Part shown: one piece after another, positions 52,879 to 61,118 of the stretch
How positions within the stretch are numbered: the first letter of the stretch is position 1
How the letters are laid out: every line of letters starts with the position of its first letter
Assembly (NCBI GenBank): GCA_963695345.1
Contig: OY968769.1
Span: 864,001-928,000, forward strand
Reading direction: 5' to 3'
Source of the DNA: an uncultured Methanomassiliicoccales archaeon
Lineage (GTDB): Archaea; Thermoplasmatota; Thermoplasmata; Methanomassiliicoccales; UBA472
DNA: 64,000 nt
Position numbers and translations under genes: made by a program
The notes under the pieces: generated by a model
Database searches by the model: none
What the model saw: only the letters and a program-made list of their open reading frames with translations
What the model was told of the DNA's origin: nothing

Positions 52879-53601
52879 ATGATGGATCAGCCCCCAGTGG
52901 ATCGCCCGCATCCCATGCCCCGGGCGGTGACCACCCTGGTGGTCGTGATGGCCTTCGTGATGAGCGTCATTACGCTGATGAACTACCGGTTCTATGCCGA
53001 CATACGGTCTGCCGCGTCCCGGTTCTTCCAGGTGCTGGGCGCGGGTTTCGATACCGACATCATCCTGATCGGCCTGATGTTCGTCGCTGTTCTCGTCGGG
53101 GTCGTGAGCGAGAAGAGGCTCCGATCGACCCTGAGGTCCGGATGGATGCTGCTCATTCCGGCGATACTATTCTATTCCAAGATCGATTGGATGTACCTGA
53201 TGGGCTTGCCTGTCGACTTCAGCCTTTTCCACAATGACCTTCCTCAGGTCTACATACTCCTGAACGGTGTGGCGTTGTTCTGCGCCAGCCTGTTGTTCCG
53301 TTCCCACCTGCATCTGTCATGGATCAGGAAGACCCTGGCCGGTCGGGGGGCTTCAAAAGAGGACCTGGATAAAGCCGTGCAGGGCAATTTCATCTTCCTG
53401 GTAGTTCTGGTTGCCCTGTCGGCCGGGGCCGCGGCCCTTATCGGTGCGGCGGTCGGATTGATCATTCCCGCTCTAAGTGTGGCCAGCGGTGCCTTGGGCT
53501 ACGCGTATCTGGTGATCGGCCTGGTCGCCAACGCGGCCATCGTGGCAGTTTTCGGCCTCTACATATGGAAGAGCAAGAGGACGTCCCCGAACCGGGAATG
53601 A
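52879..53601 (+). CDS. membrane protein
   Basis: About six TM segments; last gene of the MoxR operon. Confidence 0.7.
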   Translation: MMDQPPVDRPHPMPRAVTTLVVVMAFVMSVITLMNYRFYADIRSAASRFFQVLGAGFDTDIILIGLMFVAVLVGVVSEKRLRSTLRSGWMLLIPAILFYSKIDWMYLMGLPVDFSLFHNDLPQVYILLNGVALFCASLLFRSHLHLSWIRKTLAGRGASKEDLDKAVQGNFIFLVVLVALSAGAAALIGAAVGLIIPALSVASGALGYAYLVIGLVANAAIVAVFGLYIWKSKRTSPNRE

Positions 53602-53806
53602 GCGGCACACCAGGCAGGTCCGGTCGCCTCTATGGAGGACCGATTTCTATTCCCGTCTTTATTGACAGCCCATGGCGACTAGTAAGATAGGTATCGTAAG
53701 AGAAGCCGCCCCCTTGATTTGCCCACTGTCATGGAACGAATAATCGTAGACTGCTATCATTATCTGTTCAAAGGTTTTTATACATCGGGTTAAACTATTT
53801 TCAAAC

Positions 53807-54610
53807 ATGACCGCCTCCAAAAAGGAGCTGAGAGTGTTCACCGCCTCGCAGGAAGCCTTGTGGATAAATTCGACCCTCATATGCGGGGAGCGCGACGCAA
53901 TACTCATTGACGCCCAATTCACCCTCAGCGACGCCAGAAAGCTTGTCACTATGATCAAGGAAAGCGGCAAGAATCTGAGCATGGTCTACATCACCCACCA
54001 TCATCCTGACCATTATTTCGGCCTTCAGGAGATCGTTAATGCCTTTCCCGATGCCCAGATCCTTGCCCAACCCACCACCGTGGAGAGCATCAAGAAGACC
54101 TGGAAGGGCAAGGTCGAGCAATGGGCCCCGGTATACGGGAACAACATCACCACCGCCCCGGTCATACCCAAACCGATGAGCGGAATGGTGCTGGAACTCG
54201 AGGGGGACATGTTCCCCATCTACATGAACGCCCAGGGAGATGACCATGGTAACTCCTACGTGTGGATACCTTCGCTCAACGCCGTCATCTGTGGAGACAT
54301 CGTGTACAATGGTGTCTATCCCTGGACGGCCGATACCACACCGGCGGACAGAAAGGAATGGATAAGGACGCTGGAAAAGATCGAATCGCTCAACCCATCA
54401 ATGGCAGTGGCGGGGCACAAGGACCCTGCCAAGACCGATGACCCTTCCTGCATCCGATTCATGAAGGAATATCTGAGATACTTCGATGCGGCGATCATCA
54501 CGTCGAAGACCGCGGATGAGCTGAAGGCTACTGTGAAGAAGAAATTCACCGGGCTCGGCCTGGAGGTCATACTGAACATCTCTTCAGGAGTGGCTTTCCC
54601 ATCGAAGTGA
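53807..54610 (+). CDS. MBL-fold metallohydrolase
   Basis: Motifs LIDAQF, THHHPDH, GDIVYN and AGH. Confidence 0.88.
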   Translation: MTASKKELRVFTASQEALWINSTLICGERDAILIDAQFTLSDARKLVTMIKESGKNLSMVYITHHHPDHYFGLQEIVNAFPDAQILAQPTTVESIKKTWKGKVEQWAPVYGNNITTAPVIPKPMSGMVLELEGDMFPIYMNAQGDDHGNSYVWIPSLNAVICGDIVYNGVYPWTADTTPADRKEWIRTLEKIESLNPSMAVAGHKDPAKTDDPSCIRFMKEYLRYFDAAIITSKTADELKATVKKKFTGLGLEVILNISSGVAFPSK

Positions 54611-54878
54611 GGCAGGAGACATTCCTTCCGATAAGGTCAAGCATCGACGATGGGCTCGCCGCCTTCCAAGCGAATGGTGACTCGTGAAGTCACGGGACCT
54701 GTCATTGTCACCACTGTTCCCGATTTCCGAAGGCCCTTCAGTTCTAAAGTAGTGTTTCTCCGATGCGTGGTTGGTCCTCCCAGGCGCTAGCGGTTATCGA
54801 CTGCGTCGGTGGCAGTGGACCGATTAAGGGAAATGTAATAAACGGAGTCCGCATTGGCAGGCATCGTCGGAGCATAAC

Positions 54879-55838
54879 ATGGCAAGCCTTCATGTCAAAC
54901 TATTGGCGGTCGGATTGGTCGCTATACTCATCGTCGCCTCTGTCTACATCGTCGTGTCTCCCAAGGAACAGAGTGCTGACAAGATCCGGATCGGGGTCCT
55001 CCCGGTCATCGATACACTACCTCTGTATGCAGCCCTGGAAAGGGGATCGTTCCAACAGGCCGGACTGAATGTCGAGCTGGTCCAGTTCGGGAGCGCACTG
55101 GAAAGGGATTCGGCCATGGTGGCTGGCTCGATAGACGGCTATTTCGGAGACATGGTGAACACGATCCTCCTGAAATCATCCGGTCAGGACGTGAAGGTTA
55201 TGACCATCGATTACCACACGAACCCCCAGGCTCGCATGTTCGGTCTGCTCGCTTCCCCTGCCAACAACGTTTCAGATATCAATTCCACGATCGGAATGTC
55301 GGTGGCCACCTCCTCAGCGACGGTCACCGAGTACGTTCTCGACAATATCCTGGCGGAGAACAATATGACCGGAAAGATCAGCAAGACGGAGGTCAAGGCG
55401 ATCCCGATCCGTTACCAGTCATTGATGCAGAACAACGTCCAACTCGCGATATTGCCCGAACCCTATGCCACCCAGGCGATCCAGGGAGGGGCCCACTTGG
55501 TGGCGGACGACAGGACGATCAATATCACAGCCACCGTGATCGGCATGAAGGCAGGATTCATAACCAGCCACATCGATGATCTGAAGAAGCTGCTCAAGGC
55601 GTACAACGACACCGTCCAAGCGATAAACCAAGACCCGACCCAATACTATGATGTCTTGGAAAAGGACATCGGATTCCCGAAGGCGCTGGAAGGCAACTTC
55701 ACCTTCCCAGTCCTGAGCAGCACCTCGCTCCCGTCACCGCAAGAATTCCAGAAGGTGCTGGATTGGATGACCGCAAAGGGAATCGTCCAAAGTCCGGTCG
55801 CGTATGATGCCATAGTCGCCGAAGAGCTATACCCGTGA
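54879..55838 (+). CDS. ABC transporter substrate-binding protein (SsuA/NlpA-like)
   Basis: N-terminal TM anchor; IGVLPV.D.LP.Y.A, F.SALERD.A..AG.IDG and LPEP. Confidence 0.85.
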   Translation: MASLHVKLLAVGLVAILIVASVYIVVSPKEQSADKIRIGVLPVIDTLPLYAALERGSFQQAGLNVELVQFGSALERDSAMVAGSIDGYFGDMVNTILLKSSGQDVKVMTIDYHTNPQARMFGLLASPANNVSDINSTIGMSVATSSATVTEYVLDNILAENNMTGKISKTEVKAIPIRYQSLMQNNVQLAILPEPYATQAIQGGAHLVADDRTINITATVIGMKAGFITSHIDDLKKLLKAYNDTVQAINQDPTQYYDVLEKDIGFPKALEGNFTFPVLSSTSLPSPQEFQKVLDWMTAKGIVQSPVAYDAIVAEELYP

Positions 55839-55842
55839 GCGC

Positions 55843-56577
55843 ATGATAAACGTCGAGCATCTGTCCAAGTCATATGAAGGAGGTTTCCAGGTCATCGATG
55901 ACCTGAACTTCGCAGTGGAAAAGGGCAGGTCCTTGGCGATAATCGGGCCTTCTGGGTGTGGCAAGACCACCCTCCTCTATATCCTGGCGGGGCTCACCCG
56001 GAGGTCTGCCGGCACAGTTACCGTGGAGGGAAGGTCGGTGGACGGTCCCTCGACGGAGGTCTCGTTCATCCTCCAGGATTTCGGCCTCCTGCCTTGGAAG
56101 ACGGTCCTTGAGAATGTCTGTCTGGGCATGAAGCTTCGCGGTACTCCGCCGGAAGATCGGGAGAAAAAGGCTGACGTACTGCTAGAGGAACTTGGCCTGA
56201 AGTTGCACCAGGACCACTATCCGGCTAGGCTGAGCGGAGGAGAGCGGCAAAGGGTTGCGATCGGCCGGGCACTTGCCACGGAACCGAAACTGCTCCTGAT
56301 GGATGAACCGTTCTCTTCGTTGGACACGCTGACCAGGGAGCGGATGCAGGAAATGCTCCTGGAGATAAGGAAGAGGAACGGACTGACGATGGTGGTGGTC
56401 ACCCACAGCATAGAGGAGGCGGCATTCCTGGGAGATTCCATCCTGGTCCTCGGCGGGCGCCCGTGCACCGTCCGGGCTATCCTGCAGAACCCGGGCGCTG
56501 GTACGCCAGGACACCGTGGCACTGATTCCTATTTCTCCACCTGCAAGGCCGTGAGGAAGGCGGTGGAGGGAATATGA
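55843..56577 (+). CDS. ABC transporter ATP-binding protein (TauB/SsuB-like)
   Basis: Motifs GPSGCGKTT, LSGGERQR, LLMDEPFS and VTH. Confidence 0.95.
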   Translation: MINVEHLSKSYEGGFQVIDDLNFAVEKGRSLAIIGPSGCGKTTLLYILAGLTRRSAGTVTVEGRSVDGPSTEVSFILQDFGLLPWKTVLENVCLGMKLRGTPPEDREKKADVLLEELGLKLHQDHYPARLSGGERQRVAIGRALATEPKLLLMDEPFSSLDTLTRERMQEMLLEIRKRNGLTMVVVTHSIEEAAFLGDSILVLGGRPCTVRAILQNPGAGTPGHRGTDSYFSTCKAVRKAVEGI

Positions 56578-58208
56578 ACAAGCAAAGGGCGTTCGGCTAC
56601 CTACTATCGTTGGCAGTTGGCCTGATGGCCTGGAAACTGGCATCGCTCCTGGTCTCATCGCCGATACTCCCCAGCCCCGAGACCACCTTCCAGGCATTCA
56701 TAGACACCGCTCAGACCGCTCTGTTCTGGTCCAATTTCGGTATCAGTGCCTATCGGGTCATCGTCGCCATCGCCCTCGCCTGGTGCTTGGCATTTCCCCT
56801 GGGCATCTTCATCGGCTATAGCCAGAAGATGGACCGCTACTTCAGTCCGCTGATCTTCCTGACCTACCCGATCCCCAAGATGGTGTTCCTGCCGGTTCTA
56901 TTCGTGTTCTTCGGCATTGGCGATACCACCAAGATACTCCTGATCACGCTCATCGTTTTCTTCCAGATACTGGTGGCGACAAAGGAAGGTGTGAGCGCCA
57001 TCGACCGCAAGTATATCGATTCGATGCGGTCCATGAACGCCACGAACAAGGACATCTTGAAAGAGGCGATCATACCGGCTGCGCTTCCGAGCAGCTTCAC
57101 CTCCCTCAGGATCGTCACCGGGACCGCCATCTCGGTGCTCTTTTTCGCCGAGGCCTTCGCGGGATCGACCGGACTGGGATACTTTATCTATAACGCATGG
57201 GGGCTCCTTCAGTATACCCAGATATTCGTGGGCATCATCGCCATGAGCATCCTGGGATTGGCTTTGTATGAGATCTTCACCTTCATGGAACGAAGACTTT
57301 GCAGGTGGAAGGAGGTCCCGGAGGGGACTGAGGACGTCACGGACGATCGGTCCGCACTGATGAAGATAACCGCCTATGCGCAGATGATCAAACTGAGCCA
57401 TAGCGTGTTCGCGGTACCCTTCGGATTGGCGGCATTGGTGCTGCTGGCCAAGGACAATGAAATCACCTTCGGGATGGTCTTCTGGATAGTCCTGGCGATC
57501 ATAGGGGCGAGGTCGGCGGCGATGGGCTTCAACCGGGTGGTGGATGCGAAAATTGACGCCAAGAACCCCCGGACCAATATGAGGCACATTCCGTCGGGGA
57601 CGCTCACGATGCGGGAGGGATCGTTCTTCGTCATGGTGTCTGCCGCGGTGTTCGTCATGTCCGCCGCCATGCTGTCTCCCTTATGCTTCTGGCTATCCTT
57701 CCCCGTGCTGGGAATAGTGATGGGATATTCATATGCCAAGCGGTTCACTGCCGCAAGCCACCTGATCCTGGGGATCTCCATCGGCCTGATGCCCCTGGGG
57801 GCCAGCGTGGCCGTGACCGGGACCATTCCCCTGGGGATACTCGTGCTCGGCCTGGCCCTGACCACATACATCGCCGGCTTCGACATACTCTACTCCTGTC
57901 TGGACATCGATTTCGATAAGAAAGAAGGCCTGTGGTCGTTGCCCTCCAGGCATGGCGTCATGAACGCCCTGGTGATCTCGTCGGCCCTCCACGTTGTCAG
58001 TCTGGCGGCCCTGGCGGCATTGTTCTGGATATATACTTTGGGAGCGGTCTTCCTGATCGGGGTAGCGGTGATCGGGGCGATGTTCGTATTGGAACATATG
58101 CTGGTCCGTCCGGCCGACCTGTCCAAGGTGAACGTGGCGTTCTTCAACGTCAACGCCGTGATATCGATCCTGGTGTTCGCATCCGTCCTGTTGGGAGTGT
58201 ACGCATGA
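56574..58208 (+). CDS. ABC permease apparently fused to a UbiA/MqnP-like aromatic prenyltransferase
   Basis: aa 1-~245 is a TauC/SsuC-like permease (YPIPK, EAA-like loop, AE..GLGY). From Met263 (57360) it is a UbiA domain: MIKLSHSVFA, NRVVDAKIDAKNPRT..R, Y.KRF and GFDILY...D..FD. Confidence 0.85.
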   Translation: MNKQRAFGYLLSLAVGLMAWKLASLLVSSPILPSPETTFQAFIDTAQTALFWSNFGISAYRVIVAIALAWCLAFPLGIFIGYSQKMDRYFSPLIFLTYPIPKMVFLPVLFVFFGIGDTTKILLITLIVFFQILVATKEGVSAIDRKYIDSMRSMNATNKDILKEAIIPAALPSSFTSLRIVTGTAISVLFFAEAFAGSTGLGYFIYNAWGLLQYTQIFVGIIAMSILGLALYEIFTFMERRLCRWKEVPEGTEDVTDDRSALMKITAYAQMIKLSHSVFAVPFGLAALVLLAKDNEITFGMVFWIVLAIIGARSAAMGFNRVVDAKIDAKNPRTNMRHIPSGTLTMREGSFFVMVSAAVFVMSAAMLSPLCFWLSFPVLGIVMGYSYAKRFTAASHLILGISIGLMPLGASVAVTGTIPLGILVLGLALTTYIAGFDILYSCLDIDFDKKEGLWSLPSRHGVMNALVISSALHVVSLAALAALFWIYTLGAVFLIGVAVIGAMFVLEHMLVRPADLSKVNVAFFNVNAVISILVFASVLLGVYA

Positions 58209-58241
58209 TCATGACCGCTCGGAAGCCGCCGTCACAGGGAT

Positions 58242-58961
58242 GTGAATGACTTGGAACTGGACAAGAACCCGCAAAGGATCGAAGGACTGTTCGACGACAT
58301 CACCCCCACGTATGATCGCCTGAACCATCTGATGTCCATGTCCATCGACCGGATATGGAGGGGACAGGCGCTGGACTGCCTCGGGCTCAAGGATGGCGAT
58401 CTCGTCCTGGACATTGCCACCGGAACGGGAGACATGGCGATACAGGCCCTCACCCGGGCGGACTGTTCCCTGGTGGGCATCGACCTCTCCCGGAACATGC
58501 TCGATATTGCGGTCAAGAAATGGCAGAAGAAAGTTCCTGGATCGGCATTCCCAGCCGTCCAGGGCAATGCACTATCGATGCCGTTCAAGGAAGGGACGTT
58601 CGACAAGGCCATGGTCGCTTTCGGCATCAGGAACGTTCCGGATGTCGGGGCTTTCTTGACAGACGTGCACCGGGTGTTGAGACCGGGTGGCCGTTTCGTG
58701 GTGCTCGAGCTGTCCGTGCCAGTTTGCCGGATAACCCGGCCGCTGTTCCTTGTCTATCTGACGCAGATACTGCCGCTCATTGGAAGCATGCAATCCGGAG
58801 ACCTGCCCGCCTACCGCTACCTGAGCGATTCCATACTTGCCTTCCCTACGCCGGATGAGCTGGAGAAAACGATGGTCTCCAAGGGGTTCAAGGTCGTCCG
58901 CTCAATATCACAGACCCAGGGCATCTGCCACCTGTATGTGCTGGAGAAGGAGGGCCAATAA
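58242..58961 (+). CDS. menG: UbiE/MenG-type quinone C-methyltransferase
   Basis: Motifs FD.I...YD.LN..MS, LDIATGTGD, FGIRNV and AY.YL..SI..FP. Confidence 0.88.
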   Translation: MNDLELDKNPQRIEGLFDDITPTYDRLNHLMSMSIDRIWRGQALDCLGLKDGDLVLDIATGTGDMAIQALTRADCSLVGIDLSRNMLDIAVKKWQKKVPGSAFPAVQGNALSMPFKEGTFDKAMVAFGIRNVPDVGAFLTDVHRVLRPGGRFVVLELSVPVCRITRPLFLVYLTQILPLIGSMQSGDLPAYRYLSDSILAFPTPDELEKTMVSKGFKVVRSISQTQGICHLYVLEKEGQ

Positions 58962-60769
58962 TGCACTATCGCAACCTGACCGAATTCATTTCCCGCCTGG
59001 AGAGGGAAGGGGAACTGCTCCGTGTGAAGGCCGAGGTGTCGCCTCATCTGGAGATAACGGAAGTTACGGACCTCATGTCCAAGAACCCGAACGGAGGCAA
59101 GGCATTGCTTTTCGAAAAGGTGACTGGCTCGTCGTTCCCGGTGCTAACCAACGCCTTCGGGTCGGAACGGCGGATGGCCATGGCGCTGGGCTGCGATACC
59201 TTGGACGATCTCGAGATGAAGATCGGAGGCCTGCTCGACACCAAGCCGCCTGAGGGATTGGTAGGGAAGCTGGGAATGTTGCCTGAGCTGCTGTCCCTTT
59301 CAAAGGCGTTCCCACGGACCAAGAGGAGCGGCCGAGCCCCCTGCCAGGAGGTTGTGGTCACGGGCGATGCCGTAGACCTTAGCGTGATACCGGTCCTTCA
59401 TTGTTGGCCCAAAGATGGGGGCCGATTCATCACTCTGCCGGTGGTGTTCACCAAAGACGTCGAGGGACATTCGAGGAATGCCGGAATGTACCGCATGCAG
59501 ATATTCGACAAGAACACGACCGGCATGCACTGGCACATCCACAAGGATGGCCGCCACAACTTCAACGGCTACAAGAGGCTGGGGAAGAGGATGCCGGTGG
59601 CGGTGGCCATAGGAACTGACCCATCGATCACCTACGCCGCCACCGCGCCGATGCCGCAGGGGATCGACGAGATGATCCTGGCCGGGTTCATCCGCGGTTC
59701 GCCCGTGGAAATGGTCAAGTGCAAGACGATCGACATGGAAGTCCCAGCGGAATCGGAGTTCGTCCTGGAGGGGTACATCGACCCGGAGGAGAAGCGTGTC
59801 GAAGGACCGTTCGGTGACCACACCGGATACTATTCGCTCCAGGGGGAGTATCCGGTCTTCCATGTCACGGCAATGACCCATCGCCGGAACGCTGTTTACA
59901 GCGCCACGGTAGTGGGGAGGCCTCCGATGGAGGACTGTTATATGGCAAAGGCCACAGAACGTGTGTTCCTACCCCCCCTGAAGAAGATCCTGCCGGAGAT
60001 CCTCGACTACTGGATGCCTTGGGAGGGCGTCTTTCATAACATCGTCGTGGTGGCCATTCAGAAGGAGTACCCCATGCAGGCCCGCAAGGTCATGAGCGCG
60101 TTGTGGGGCAACAACCAGATGAGCTTTGCCAAGATGATCGTGGTGATCGACGATCCAACGCTTCTCCGCAACCCCGCCCAACTCCTGGAACGGATCCAGA
60201 ATAACCTGGACCCAGCCCATGACCTGGTCCTGACCGAGGGAGTCCTGGACGTGCTGGACCATTCTGCCCCCGATGCGTTGTTCGGAGGTAAACTGGGCAT
60301 TGACGCCACGGAGAGGGTGGAAGGTGAGCCCTCCAGGTCGTCTCGGCATGAAGGCCGTCTGACCGATGAGGACATTCGGGCCACGATAAGAGGACTGAAT
60401 ATCCCGGCAGCGTCAAGGTCGGTCGGCCTGAATTCCAGGAACCCGTTGGTGCTGATCGGGGTCAGAAAGGAAGGGGGAAGCTCGAAGCACGTAAAGGAGA
60501 AGTTCAGGCCGATGGCGTCGAGTCTAGGATGCACAATAGTGCTGTACGACGACATCGACCTCAATGACGATTCGCTGGTGCTCTGGAAGGTCTTCAACAA
60601 TGTAGATCCCCGCAGGGACATCGAGCTGGATGGTGACGGGGCGATCGTCGACGCCACCAAGAAGGGACCGGCCGATGGATATAAACGGGAGTGGCCCGAC
60701 GAGATCGAGATGTCAGAGGACGTCAAGGATAGGATACAGCAGAGAAGGAAAGAGTTAGGCCTGGGATGA
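58961..60769 (+). CDS. ubiD: UbiD family (MqnL-like) prenyl-FMN-dependent decarboxylase, long form
   Basis: N.GMYRMQ, MHWHIHK.G, EGPFGDHTGYY, VGRPPMED and LDHS...GGKLGIDAT, with a duplicated C-terminal DP.RD..DATKK segment. Confidence 0.92.
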   Translation: MHYRNLTEFISRLEREGELLRVKAEVSPHLEITEVTDLMSKNPNGGKALLFEKVTGSSFPVLTNAFGSERRMAMALGCDTLDDLEMKIGGLLDTKPPEGLVGKLGMLPELLSLSKAFPRTKRSGRAPCQEVVVTGDAVDLSVIPVLHCWPKDGGRFITLPVVFTKDVEGHSRNAGMYRMQIFDKNTTGMHWHIHKDGRHNFNGYKRLGKRMPVAVAIGTDPSITYAATAPMPQGIDEMILAGFIRGSPVEMVKCKTIDMEVPAESEFVLEGYIDPEEKRVEGPFGDHTGYYSLQGEYPVFHVTAMTHRRNAVYSATVVGRPPMEDCYMAKATERVFLPPLKKILPEILDYWMPWEGVFHNIVVVAIQKEYPMQARKVMSALWGNNQMSFAKMIVVIDDPTLLRNPAQLLERIQNNLDPAHDLVLTEGVLDVLDHSAPDALFGGKLGIDATERVEGEPSRSSRHEGRLTDEDIRATIRGLNIPAASRSVGLNSRNPLVLIGVRKEGGSSKHVKEKFRPMASSLGCTIVLYDDIDLNDDSLVLWKVFNNVDPRRDIELDGDGAIVDATKKGPADGYKREWPDEIEMSEDVKDRIQQRRKELGLG

Positions 60770-61118
60770 GCCTGCGGCCAATGGTGGCCCAATGGACGGC
60801 CCCTTCTCCTGCCTCGGATCGAGGATCAGAAACCATGTCGTGGATGGCTCTACACTGATCTAGATCGATGCCGCCCTGCTTCTTCTTGCACATGGACGAT
60901 TCATCACGTTGAGGGAACCATTGGCTGACCGGTTTGGACGAGCCAGCAAACGATGGACAGGATATGTTTTGTAAGAAGAGGGCCGATGACCAGCCGTTTC
61001 CTTCCCCTGTTTCTCAACTTCTATCTCCCATTGGGGAGCTGCGTCCGCCCGTTCCATTGCAAACCAATAAATGGCATGGGAAGTGTAGAATTCCTACCTG
61101 TTAAGGAAATTCGGTGGA

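Noticed and set aside
54611-54878. Hairpins upstream of the ABC operon (GTGACT-CGTGA-AGTCAC) as a cobalamin or TPP riboswitch
   Set aside because: The conserved riboswitch cores are not present in the sense orientation; short stems are expected by chance at this GC content.
60770-61118. Possible ubiX or cooC remnant between ubiD and cooS
   Set aside because: The short ORFs there show no recognisable UbiX or CooC motifs.
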